Below the pieces are notes generated by a model that was not told the origin of the DNA, searched no databases, and saw nothing but the letters and a program-made list of their open reading frames with translations. Position numbers and translations under genes: made by a program. Shown here piece by piece: positions 12,326-24,424 of a DNA stretch of 49,088 nucleotides (its first letter is position 1; each line of letters starts with the position of its first letter). This DNA comes from Octopus bimaculoides. Taxonomy: Eukaryota. The stretch is from NCBI RefSeq assembly GCF_001194135.2, contig NC_068987.1, forward strand, positions 87,912,362 to 87,961,449. Direction: 5' to 3'.

Positions 12326-13340
12326 TAGCTGCCATCAGTAGAATTATATGGCTAGATCTCATATAACTGCCATCAGTAGAATTATATGGCTAGATCTCAT
12401 ATAGCTTCCATCAGAATTATACAGCCAGATCTCATATAGCTTCCATCAGAATTATACAGCCAGATCTCATATAGCTGCCATCAATAGAATTATATGGTTG
12501 ATGTCATATAGCTACCATCTGTAGAATTATATGGCTAGATCTCATATAACTGCCATCAGTAGCATTATATGGCTAGATCTCATATAGCTACCATCAGAAT
12601 TATACAGCCAGATCTGATGTAGCTGCCATCAATAGAATTATATGGCTAGATCTCATATAGCTTCCATCAGTNNNNNNNNNNNNNNNNNNNNNNNNNNNNN
12701 NNNNNNNNNNNNNNNNNNNNNNNNNNNNNNNNNNNNNNNNNNNNNNNNNNNNNNNNNNNNNNNNNNNNNNNNNNNNNNNNNNNNNNNNNNNNNNNNNNNN
12801 NNNNNNNNNNNNNNNGCCGTGCCCCCAGCATGGCCACAATCCAATGAGAGAAACAAGTAAAATAGATAAATAGACAAATAAATAAAGCAAAAAAAAAAAA
12901 TGTAAATCTTCCTTCTGACACAACACAAGTAGCTGCCATCAGTAGAATTATATGGCTAGATCTCATATAACTGCCATCAGTAGAATTATATGGCTAGATC
13001 TCATATAGCTTCCATCAGAATTATACAGCCAGATCTCATATAGCTTCCATCAGAATTATACAGCCAGATCTCATATAGCTGCCATCAATAGAATTATATG
13101 GTTGATGTCATATAGCTACCATCTGTAGAATTATATGGCTAGATCTCATATAACTGCCATCAGTAGCATTATATGGCTAGATCTCATATAGCTACCATCA
13201 GAATTATACAGCCAGATCTGATGTAGCTGCCATCAATAGAATTATATGGCTAGATCTCATATAGCTTCCATCAGTAGAATTATACAGCCAGATCTTGTAT
13301 AGGTGCCATCAGTAGAATTATATGGCTAGATCTCATATAG
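12326..13340. repeat. 38/35-bp minisatellite (agctgccatcagtagaattatatggctagatctcatat), shown twice because of a gap-flank duplication
   Basis: About 9 units at 12326-12671 and about 11 at 12930-13340; the 35-bp variant lacks three bases of the cagtagaa segment. Confidence 0.95.
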
Positions 13341-14135
13341 AAAATAATTAAACAAATTCAAATCACAGGTCATCTTCTTTATCTAATCTCATCCCCAAGC
13401 TGCTGAAATCAAATAAACTACCAAAATTCAAAATCCTAACTAAAACAAGCAACATCAAATCAAACATCAACAATGGACGATTATGGGAGAATCTAACTTT
13501 CTTTTATTTTACTTTATTGCATTTATTTATTAAATTTTTCATTAAACTACATTTTTCATACAATCAGTGTTTTATTTCATCCAGTGTTTTTTTCATCTTT
13601 TCTTTATATCTTTTCTAACAAGAATGTTCTGGAAGACAGCAAAACAGATTGTCTGATGTAATTTCAGCCACCGTCTGCATACAATTGTCAACCATTTGCA
13701 TTCAGTTCCTTTTATTTCTTCATTTGTTCAATAAAATACTACACCTTTAGAACTAAGACAGCATTGTTGTAACCTTTAGATTGCCAGTGCAATATTTTGC
13801 ACAATCAGCTAAAATAAATAAAAGTGTTTGTGGATATATATATGTGTGTATATGTGTTATATGTGTGTGTATGTATATACGTAAGTAAGTATATATGCTT
13901 ATTTTAACATGTTTAAGTTGATTGTAGAATCCAAACCTGGTCATTAACAAGGTGATATGGATTTTATTTATTTCTTTTTTTATTTCATTTAAAGTCAAGA
14001 CAATTCCAGAGATCTGTGAATATGTGAGTGAGTTAATGTAGGTATATAATGATATACCTGCATTAATGGAAAGTGTATGAATTAATAATACGTATGTCTG
14101 CAAATATATATCTATCTCTATATCTATTAACCTGC

Positions 14136-14189
<54 letters not shown>

Positions 14190-15098
14190 ATCTATCTGTC
14201 TATTTACCTATCTATCTTTCTATCTCTCTTTTACTTGTTTCAGTCATTTGACTGCGACCATGCTGGAGCACTGCCTTTAGTCGAGCAAATCAACCCCAGG
14301 ACAATCAAGATGAGGAGGACACCAGTCTGACTAATATAAACAGGATACAAAAGAACTGCTGTTTGCTACATATCAACAGCTGTTGAATCATAGGGTTAAA
14401 CGTACAAGTACAGGCATGACTACTTCTCAACCACTTGGCTTTGGTTCCAATCCCACTGTAGAGAGCAGCATCATAAAATATCAGAGAGACAGAGAGAGAC
14501 ACAGAGAGAAGACAATGAGGGAACACTATTATGTAATGAATTAAAATTAGCTTTCTGTTGTTGAAATGTTTTGATAATAAAAGAAATTTTAAAATCACAT
14601 TTTGATAAGAATATATTAAAAATTTGAATTTTTTACAATTTTCTAGACAGTGTAGACTTCAATAATTGCTTTCTTTTAATAAAAGTAATATACTCCAAAA
14701 TAATTAAAAACAACTTTTTTTTATAGTAAAGATTCTGGGTATGATGTAGTTTAGGACATATTTATAATCATCTTCACAAAACAATCCTAACACTGCATAA
14801 ATAACTGTGCTTACAAAATATAGTACATATCATATCATGCTGTGAGTTGTGATATTTAACTAAGCTTTGCTTGTATATTATTGAATGCTTGTTTATAACA
14901 AAAGATGACTTGAGAATCACCATATTTGATGGCATATAAGATGCACTTCTCCTTTTAATAAAATGTCTCCAAACTTCCTGGGTTCTATATTCAGAATTGG
15001 GCCCTTCCACAAGCTAATTTTGGCCCAGATTCTTACTAGTGTAGGCTAATTGTAACCCAAACTTTCCCTTCTACCTCACCCAACTGACACCATAATAA

Positions 15099-15239
15099 TC
15101 CTTTCTACTATAAGTACAAGGCCTGAAATTTGGGGGGAGGGGGCAGTTGCTTAGATTGATCCCAGTACGCAACTGGTGCTTAATTTAACGACCGTGAAAG
15201 GATGAAAGGCAAAGTTGACCTCGACGGAATTTGAACTCA
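15099..15239 (-). mobile_element. SINE family B, 5'-truncated, with 18-bp target-site duplication
   Basis: caactgacaccataataa at 15081-15098 and 15240-15257 flanks the insertion. Confidence 0.88.
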
Positions 15240-15432
15240 CAACTGACACCATAATAACAGTATATCTACTTAAACATTATCAGTTTTCCTTGTATTGTAA
15301 AAGTATGTACCATAACAATGGATTGGTAATGCTCACCAGTGCCAGCTGATGATGCGTGACAATTAGACTTAAACAGATTCAAGTAATGCTCTTCATGGCA
15401 CCGAAGAGGAATGTATTATTTGAAGACAGTAA

Positions 15433-15649
15433 GGCGGAGAGCTGGCAGAATCATTAGCACGCTGGACAAAATGCTTAGCGGTATTTCACCCATTGCTACG
15501 TTCTGAGTTCAAATTCCGTCAAAGTCGACTTTGCCTTTTATCTTTTCAGGGTTGATAAATTAAGTACCAGTTGTGTACTGGGGTCGATCTAATCAACTGG
15601 CCCCCTCCCCCCAAATTTCAGGCCTTGTGCCTTTAGTAGAAAGGATTAT
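15433..15649 (+). mobile_element. SINE family B, full length
   Basis: ggcggagagctggcagaatc..gagttcaaattcc..ggccttgtgcctttagtagaaagg. Confidence 0.88.
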
Positions 15650-16059
15650 CAGAAGACAGTAATATGTAAATGGACGTTAAAACAATGATGGTGATTATAG
15701 TTTCATAAGAAAGCAATCCTAAAAATAGATTCCACATTCACTTATATCCTGACTTGATTCCATGTCTTCTCTTAATTTCTTGTCATTCATTTCAAAAACC
15801 AAATCTAAGTTAAATTGTTCAGCTTTTATTCCATGACTTCTTGAAAAAACAATAAAAGCAAGAAATTCTCCTCTTTTTCTTTGCTTTTTTTTTTTTTTTT
15901 TTTTTTNNNNNNNNNNGCAAAAAGTGATTTTCTCTTTCTTTCTTGAAGAAACTTCACAGCAGGGAAATTGAAAAAAAACCATTAAGGCATACATCAGGTC
16001 GTCAGGTCACGCTGGAAACTCCATCTTTTTTAAATATCTTCTTTGTGGATTTTTTTATA

Positions 16060-16410
16060 TTATAATTTTCCTTGTCATCATATTCATTGTTGTCATCATT
16101 ACCATCATCATCATCACCATTGCAATTTTCATCACCATTATCATCATCGTTATTGTAGTCATTTTTTTTTCTTTTTTTTATATCCTTTCCATCACGAGCC
16201 TGTGTCATCACCACTGCTGTCATCATCGTTACTGCTCTCATCATCATCATCATCATCATCATTACTATCATCGCCATTGCAGTTTCCATCATCATCATCA
16301 TCATCGTCATTACCATCATCGCCACCAACATCATCAAAACTACCATCATCGTGATCATCATCATCGGCAGCAGCAGCAGCAGCACTACCACCACCACCAC
16401 CACCATCACA
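16060..16410. repeat. Compound (CAT)n/(CAG)n/(CAC)n trinucleotide region
   Basis: Read directly; gives homopolymeric M/D/H/S ORFs in all frames. Confidence 0.95.
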
Positions 16411-16489
16411 GAAGGCTGGAAATGAATAACCTTGTTTGTATGACAATCATGGTGATGCTCATTTACAACAATCACATGATATCAAGGAT

Positions 16490-16528
<39 letters not shown>

Positions 16529-16812
16529 ACACACATTCATACATACATTACACACACAAGCACACACCTCAAATATCAGAAAGAAGAATTCAAACCACTT
16601 CAAAACAAGCGGTATGGAGAAATCGACCGGCTAAGTCGTACAAGTGCAATCTCTGAGTGGAACAGTAAAAATATGCAAGACTTTTCTCAAGTCCCAAATG
16701 TGAATTTGTCTGTGTTAACTACATCTCAAAGATGGAGCCTTGTGTCTTTGTTGGAAACCGACTCCCTCCTCAGTAGAAGATTTATAAGAATTAAAAAGTA
16801 AAAGCTACATAC

Positions 16813-17170
16813 ATAGGCACAGGAGTGGCTGTGTAGTAAGTAGCTTGCTTACCAACCACATGGTTCTGGGTTCAGTCCCACTGCGTGGCACCTTGGGCAA
16901 GTGTCTTCTACTATAGCCTCGGGTTGACCAAAGCCCGTTGTATGTATATATGTATGTGTGTGTGCATATGTTTGTGTTTGTCCCCCCAACATCGCTTGAT
17001 AACCGATGCTGGTGTGTTTACTTCTGCGTAATTTGGCAGTTCAGCAAAGGAGACCAATAGAATAAGTACTAGGCTTACAAGGAATAAGTCCTGGGGTCGA
17101 TTTAATCGACTAAAGGTGGTGCTCCAGCATGGCTGCAGTCAAAAGACTGAAACAAGTAAAAGAGTAAAAA
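16813..17170 (+). mobile_element. SINE family A, internally deleted
   Basis: ggcacaggagtggctgtgtagtaag head through gactgaaacaagtaaaagagtaaaa tail. Confidence 0.88.
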
Positions 17171-17734
17171 GACATACATTCATACATACACACATACACA
17201 CAGACATACATTGTCTCATCTTTATCATCATTTTAACATCCACTTTTCCATGCTTGAATAAGTTGGATGGGGTTTATTTGGGGCAGATTTTACAGCTGAG
17301 AATGTCCCTTCTTACACCAACCCCTTTACAGAGTGTACTGGGTGCTTTGTACATGGCACCAGCACAGATGCTTTCAATGTGGCACCAGCACATAACACCT
17401 TTAATTGTCTCTGAATCCACCATAAATTGCCTTTACTTATCCTTTCCTTTATTAATGTCATAAATTGTCAAAGAACCTATTGTATTTATTCATGTATAAG
17501 TTGTACTCAAGTGTAAGCTGGGTCCCTAATTTAGAGATAAATCTTGGTGCGATTTTTTTTTTGTTTAGTTTTAGCTTTGCCTAGTGGTGCATCCCAGTTT
17601 TTTTTCCAGTTGAAATCAGGCATAAACTGTAATTTATACACAAGGAGCCACGGTACACACACACACACACACACAATTATTATTTTAATATCCACTTTTC
17701 GATACTTGTATTATTCAAACAGAATTTATTTGTT

Positions 17735-17870
17735 TCTACTCAAGGCACAAGGCCCGAAACTTTGGGGGAGGTGGCCAGTCGATTAGATTGACCCCAGTAC
17801 GCAACTTCTACTTAATTTATCGACCCTGAAAGGATGAAAGGAAAAGTTAACCTTGGCAGAATTTGCACTT
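17735..17870 (-). mobile_element. SINE family B, truncated
   Basis: Reverse complement of core and tail. Confidence 0.8.
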
Positions 17871-17900
17871 AGACAGAATAAGTCATAGACATACAAGTTA

Positions 17901-18136
17901 CAGTAATCCCTCGATTATTGTGGGTATTACGTTCTAAAACCCCTTGCGATGGGTGAAAATCCGTGAAGTAGGATCAGCACCATTCTGTATATTTTTTCTT
18001 ATATTTTTATAATTTGTGTATATTTATTTTATTATAAATGCAAAACAACACCACAGAGGAATCAATGTCAGCTTAAATGATAATCCACGATGGGTGAACC
18101 GCGATAGGTGAACCACAATATAGCGAGGGATTACTG
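17901..18136. mobile_element. Tigger/pogo-type MITE, 236 bp
   Basis: TIRs cagtaatccctcg / cgagggattactg with TA on both sides (17899-17900, 18137-18138). Confidence 0.9.
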
Positions 18137-18199
18137 TAATTGATGGTAGATGAAATAAATATAACTGTGTTGATTTATAAAATAATAGTTTCAAATTTT

Positions 18200-18400
18200 G
18201 GCACAAGGCCAGCAATTTCGAGGGAGGGGCTAAATCGATTACATCAACTCCAGTATGCAACAGGTACTTATTTTATTGACCCTGAAAAGATAAAAGGCAA
18301 TGTCGACTTTGACAGAATTTGAACTCAGAACGTAAACATGGACGAAATATCACTAAGCATTTTGTCTAGTGAGCTAATGATTCTGCCAGCTTGTTGCCTT
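18200..18400 (-). mobile_element. SINE family B
   Basis: Reverse complement of the full element; ends about 35 bp from the exon 6 donor. Confidence 0.82.
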
Positions 18401-18435
18401 GTGGACATATAAAATAATCATGACATTCTACTTAC

Positions 18436-18610
18436 TATAAGGATCAATGTATGCTTCTCCAAATGACAACCAAATTTCTTGGTCATATTTCAAAGAGAGG
18501 ACATCTTTAAGTTCTTCACCAGAACTTAAGAAAACTTTCTGAACGTTTGGTGCAATCTTTGGTTTTTGAGTATTACTTAGGCGCTGACTGATTGACAAAT
18601 CATCATAGAG
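18436..18610 (-). CDS. DCDC1: DCDC1-like exon 6 (end of the DCX-like domain): LYDDLSISQRLSNTQKPKIAPNVQKVFLSSGEELKDVLSLKYDQEIWLSFGEAYIDPY
   Basis: Acceptor poly-T gtttatttcag|, donor TATA|gtaagt; 175 nt, phase 0 to 1; resembles recalled human LSLKNEQKIWVSYGRAY. Confidence 0.92.
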
Positions 18611-20430
18611 CTGAAATAAACAAAAAAAAAAAAGGAGGAGAAATATAAATGGTGGCGAGGAATTGAAGGAAAGTAGAAATTTGGTAGACATGGAAAATCT
18701 GTCAGAGAAACATTTCTTATTTTAGGGTAGCAGACCTAATCTGTCTCCTGGTTTAATATCACTATCCAGTCCTTTGGGTGATTTTAAAAGAGATCATTGG
18801 TTACAAAGATTTGATTCAGGTCTCTGGTTTGAAGACAATTTCTTCTTTTCTTCTTATTAGTCAAATAAGCTCTATAAAGGGTTCCAGATGACACCCTTTT
18901 TCTCTCTGACTGAATCATTAGACAGAATCTACCACAGTGTTTTCCTTAGGATCCACCCTGCTCTCTCACTTGAATGGAGGGAGTTTCATCTCACAAGTTA
19001 CATGGTGACATCACTAGTGCTGGTGGTAGGAAAAAAGCACCGAGGACACTCTGTAAAGTGGTCATTAGGAAGATTGTTCAGCCTTAGAAATCATGTTCAA
19101 GCAGACAGTAGAGATCAGCACAGTCATCTGATTTGTCAGTTCCTTTCAAACCATCCAAGCGAAAATATCTAAGTCATCATCATCATTTAAAGTTCTATTC
19201 AGGGATGTGTTGGATGGTTTCAGGATCTGAAGGGTCCAGGGACTGCATCCTGCTCCAGTGTCTGCTTTGGTATGGTTTCTATGGCCTGATGCCCTTCCAA
19301 ATGCCAACTACTTGACAGTGTGTACTGGGTGCTTTTTGTGTACTACCACCACTAATGAAGTCATCATGAAGGTCGCAAGACTATGAACCCCTCAAGGGGT
19401 GGGGATATATATGTGAAGAAGTTAAGGTATGCGAGAAGGGGAATGAGTAGAACAGGTTCTTGTAGAGGAACCACACAGTTACCCAGATTTTGAGGAGAGA
19501 GAGAGAGAGAGAGAATTAGAAACCATGAAGAGATAACTATAAATAGTGGTGATGAGGTGTCGAAGTGTCAGAAGAAATTCTACCTGAGAATCGGAGTAAA
19601 GATATTGATAACATAAAAATAAAAGTTGGAATTATATTCTATGGTTAAATTACATCACAGCAATTGGCAAGAATAAAGATCTGAAGAATACTCTATGAAA
19701 CAAACTACAAACCATTTGAAATAATTTGAAATGATTTAAAGATGTTCAAAGAAAATATGGAACCATTCACTACTGAAGATGTCCAACTAAGATCATTTAT
19801 CTAAGAGGATACCTGATATTGATGTTCTCAAAGAATGTAAGAAAAATCTTAATATTGATCTAGGATCAGTTGGAAGGATTTCCTCTTTGAGAGATCCTTC
19901 AAAGATTCCTAGCAAATGCCTGCAAGAGATCGTTTCATAATCTATTTCTTTTTATTCATCAAAAGATGGAAAGAATCAATAACTTTTTTTTTTTCCCAAT
20001 TTCTTTGAAACTTCAATAGCTAATAATTTCCTTAAGAAACTTTAGAGAATGAGTAAACACGACAGCAAAGAACACAAGAATTTGGTTATTAAAACAGATA
20101 AGCAATTAACTAAGCAGTATTATTACTGTATTGTTATTATTATTATTATTATTAAAGCAACATTATATTATAAGTTCCAATTCTATCAAAAATTTCATTA
20201 ATCTGCGTTAACAATAAGTCTTCCTGTTGCATAAAAGATTCTGAAATGTAATTAATGGATGGGATTATTGGAGTAAATTCCATTAAAAGATATCAAAGTT
20301 GCTCAGGAAGTCTTTCTCAAGATGCTGTCGTATTCTCCAGAATGGTTTATTGTTTCTAACATATGTGATAGTGTTCAGATTTTCTCAGGGTTCACTTAAT
20401 ATCTTTTACTTTCGCAAAGCGGTTATAAAG

Positions 20431-20488
<58 letters not shown>

Positions 20489-20530
20489 AGATACACACAC
20501 ACACATATATGCATACATACATACATACAC

Positions 20531-20561
<31 letters not shown>

Positions 20562-21938
20562 NNNNNNNNNNNNNNNNNNNNNNNNNNNNNNNNNNNNNNN
20601 NNNNNNNNNNNNNNNNNNNNNNNNNNNNNNNNNNNNNNNNNNNNNNNNNNNNNNNNNNNNNNNNNNNNNNNNNNNNNNNNNNNNNNNNNNNNNNNNNNNN
20701 NNNNNNNNNNNNNNNNNNNNNNNNNNNNNNNNNNNNNNNNNNNNNNNNNNNNNNNNNNNNNNNNNNNNNNNNNNNNNNNNNNNNNNNNNNNNNNNNNNNN
20801 NNNNNNNNNNNNNNNNNNNNNNNNNNNNNNNNNNNNNNNNNNNNNNNNNNNNNNNNNNNNNNNNNNNNNNNNNNNNNNNNNNNNNNNNNNNNNNNNNNNN
20901 NNNNNNNNNNNNNNNNNNNNNNNNNNNNNNNNNNNNNNNNNNNNNNNNNNNNNNNNNNNNNNNNNNNNNNNNNNNNNNNNNNNNNNNNNNNNNNNNNNNN
21001 NNNNNNNNNNNNNNNNNNNNNNNNNNNNNNNNNNNNNNNNNNNNNNNNNNNNNNNNNNNNNNNNNNNNNNNNNNNNNNNNNNNNNNNNNNNNNNNNNNNN
21101 NNNNNNNNNNNNNNNNNNNNNNNNNNNNNNNNNNNNNNNNNNNNNNNNNNNNNNNNNNNNNNNNNNNNNNNNNNNNNNNNNNNNNNNNNNNNNNNNNNNN
21201 NNNNNNNNNNNNNNNNNNNNNNNNNNNNNNNNNNNNNNNNNNNNNNNNNNNNNNNNNNNNNNNNNNNNNNNNNNNNNNNNNNNNNNNNNNNNNNNNNNNN
21301 NNNNNNNNNNNNNNNNNNNNNNNNNNNNNNNNNNNNNNNNNNNNNNNNNNNNNNNNNNNNNNNNNNNNNNNNNNNNNNNNNNNNNNNNNNNNNNNNNNNN
21401 NNNNNNNNNNNNNNNNNNNNNNNNNNNNNNNNNNNNNNNNNNNNNNNNNNNNNNNNNNNNNNNNNNNNNNNNNNNNNNNNNNNNNNNNNNNNNNNNNNNN
21501 NNNNNNNNNNATATATATATATATATAAACAGATACACACACACACATATAGATGTAGAGGTGCAATGACCCAGTGGTTAGGGCAGCGGACTCATGGTTG
21601 TAGGTTCACAGTTTCAATTCTCATGATCAGCTGGTGCTTTTTACATGCCACCGGCACGGAAGCCAGTCAAGGCGGCGCTGGCATCAGCCACGTTCAGATG
21701 GTGTTTTTTACGTGCCACCAGCACAGGGATCACAACTACAATTTCCATTTGATTTTCATTTTGATGTTGATGTACTTGACTCAAGGTTTCCTCAAGCACA
21801 GCAGGTTACCCTATGATCCAAGGTACTTTTGAATGGGCTGGGGCTGGTTATGCAAAACTGGTGTAGGATACGCTGTAAACTCACTTAATTTGTCGGGTCT
21901 TCGCAGTCACGTTATAAACAAAAAGTCAAAATACTTAC

Positions 21939-22040
21939 CCTTTGCAAAAGTTTTTTCTGGTCCCCATTGGTACCTTTGAAGGCTTCTCCCAAATTGAAGT
22001 AAAATATTTTACATGGGGTCACAGATCCATTCTCGTAGGT
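21939..22040 (-). CDS. DCDC1: DCDC1-like exon 5 (start of a DCX-like domain): TYENGSVTPCKIFYFNLGEAFKGTNGDQKKLLQR
   Basis: Acceptor cttctttttttccttcaag|, donor AGG|gtaagt; 102 nt, phase 0 to 0; K-TYENG matches the DCX x(F/Y)xNG start. Confidence 0.9.
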
Positions 22041-22344
22041 CTTGAAGGAAAAAAAGAAGATGCGTTACATTTAACCCTTTTATCATTCGTAGTGCTCTGA
22101 CAAATATGATGCTTATTTATTCATGTTGTTTGGAATTACCATTCATAATCTGAGAGTTCTGAGAGTTCGGTGTATAATTTTGGTAATATACTTCTTTCAT
22201 AAATATAATGTTTTTATTGTATTTATAATTAAAGTTAATATGTATTATATTTGTTTTATCTAATTTTTATTGTCAAAATAAATCTTTGATAATAATATGT
22301 TTAAATTCATGTTAATTTTATTTTTCGAATGATATTGTTGGGTA

Positions 22345-22635
22345 GGTGTGAGAGGCCAGATCTGGCGAGTTTGACCAAAAAAGAAGTAGAATATTTGGAC
22401 TGGATCCGTTGGATGTGCAACATCAGTGTGCATGTACAACAAAGTGCAAATGTATTGAGAGAAAAGTCGGGAATAAGAGGAATCAAAAGTAGCAAAGGAA
22501 TCAAAAGTAGAAAAGTCTACGTTGGTTTGGATATGTGGTGTGTATGAATGAGGACAGCTGCATAAAGAAGTGCTGATCACTGAAAGTGGATGGTGCCTGT
22601 GGAAGAGGGAGACCCAGGAAGACATGGAATGAACC
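22345..22635 (+). mobile_element. Degraded RTE LINE 3' coding fragment
   Basis: Homologous to 10430-10680 (IRWMCNISVH..LREK..GRGRPRKTW). Confidence 0.75.
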
Positions 22636-22784
22636 AACCCCTTTACAGAATGTCCTGGGTGCTTTTAAAGTGGAGCCAGCATGGATGTTTTTTATGTGGC
22701 ACAACAACAACAACATAACGCAAAGCATTAGTAGAAAATAGATTCTAAAGAAGAACTGTGCATTTTCGTATTGTGTGTGGGTGT

Positions 22785-23055
22785 GTGTGTCTCTCTTTCT
22801 CTCGTTATCTCTATCTCTGTCTGTCTCTCTCTCCCTCTCCCGTTATCTTTATCTCTGTCTGGCTGGCTGTCTCTCTCGTTATCTTTATCTTTTTCTCTTT
22901 CTCTCTCACTTTCTCTCTCTCTCTCTCTTGTTATCTCTATCTCTGTCTGTCTGTGTCTCTCCCTCCCTCTCCCATTATCTTTACCTCTGTCTCTCTCCCT
23001 CTGTCTTTCTCCCTCTCCCCCTCTCTCTCTCTCCCTCCCTCTCTCTCTCTCACTT
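22785..23055. repeat. (TC)n-derived pyrimidine tract
   Basis: Read directly. Confidence 0.95.
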
Positions 23056-23699
23056 AACCTCAAACTATTTGGAATAGATGCCTAAGTGACGGAATGGAAT
23101 CAATGCATCTGGCAGACTATTGTACAACCTGAAAAGAGAGAAAAACCGTTCCTTATCTGTTAAATGTTATACAGTCTGAAGCCGAACAGTGTAAAAATCT
23201 TCCAATTCAAAGACAAGAATGGAACGAACAGCAACCAGGAAAAGCTTTTGCCAAGAGTATAGGTTTTTCTTCTTCACTTATAAAGAATTGCATGAAAGAA
23301 TGTTCAATGTTGAATATGTTTGATGCTGTTGTTGGTCTCGCAGAACTCTGCTTATGCATAATCACCACCTGGATAAAGAATTACGTTTGCTAGCACTTCG
23401 GATATGGAAGATTCCAGTCAATTCTGGAACCATTCTACAGCACACTTTCAGCTTTATCAGATTCTGTGATTCATGAAGACATAAATCCTTTGTATTTCAT
23501 CTTTATTTTGTGCTGTTTTACATTTGTTTTTGTTTTTTTTTCCATCTTTTATCTTTTACTTGTTTCAGTCATTTGATTGTGGCCATGCTGGGGCACTACT
23601 TTGAAGAGTTTTAGTCAAACAAATTAACCCTAAGACATGTTATTTTTTGCTTGTTTGTATATTTCTAACAGGAATGAAGTATTTTGGATTCTGAGACTG

Positions 23700-23935
23700 T
23701 TATCATCATCATTTAACGTCTGTCGTCCATGCTGGGATGGGTTGAACAGAGCTGGCAAGCCAGACGGTTGCATCAGGTTCCAGTCTGATTTGGCTTAGCA
23801 TCTATAACTGGATGTCCTTCCTAATGCTAACCACTTTAAAGAATGTATGCTGGGTGCTTTTACGTGACACCTGAGAAGCACTTCCACGTAGCACCGGCAC
23901 AAGTGTTTTTCATGTGGCACCGACACAGGACTCTT
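23700..23935 (-). mobile_element. Family C, diverged, reverse orientation
   Basis: Reverse complement of the family C 3' end. Confidence 0.75.
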
Positions 23936-24084
23936 TCAGGCTAATCCTCTTCACTTTCATTGGCACACAGCCACTTCCCTCAGTTCCACTCAACTAAGAA
24001 GTCTTTGTCTTGCAAGTTACTTTGCAACCCTGCTAGTGCCAGTGCCATGAAGAACACACATGTGATGGTGTCACATGAGAAGCA

Positions 24085-24280
24085 CCGGTGCCAGTGCCGA
24101 GTAAAAGACACCAAGTACACTCTGTAGAGTGGTTGGCATCAGGAAGGGTATCCAGCTATAAAAACCTTGCCAGAACAGATGACAGGGGCCTGGTGCAGCT
24201 CTCTGGCTTACCAGCTCCAGTCAAACTGCCCAAACCATGCCAGGATAGAAAATGGATGTTAAACGATGGTGATGATGATA
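24085..24280 (+). mobile_element. Family C, diverged
   Basis: gagtggttggcatcaggaagggtatccagc..gttaaacgatggtgatgat. Confidence 0.75.
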
Positions 24281-24363
24281 ATTGAAATGAGAGATATTAG
24301 TAGTATGAGAATACAAAATGTTCCATTCATGTTGCAAATATACAAACAAGCAAAATAAAAATG

Positions 24364-24424
<61 letters not shown>

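Noticed and set aside
12326-13340. CRISPR-like array of 35-38-bp repeats
   Set aside because: Units are contiguous with no unique spacers, there are no cas genes, and the context is a eukaryotic intron; it is a minisatellite.
15748-15841. Exon-like segment SHGIKAEQFNLDLVFEMNDKKLREDMESSQDI (minus strand)
   Set aside because: Wrong entry phase after exon 6, weak donor, and no similarity to the expected sequence.
19812-19922. Exon-like segment HLLGIFEGSLKEEILPTDPRSILRFFLHSLRTSIS (cag|..|gtatcc, minus strand)
   Set aside because: Phase 2 to 1 cannot fit between the phase-0 junction of exons 5 and 6, which already join collinearly.
23060-23128. Strong minus-strand acceptor before LYNSLPDALIPFRHLGIYSK
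   Set aside because: All frames stop before a usable donor; possibly a LINE relic or chance.
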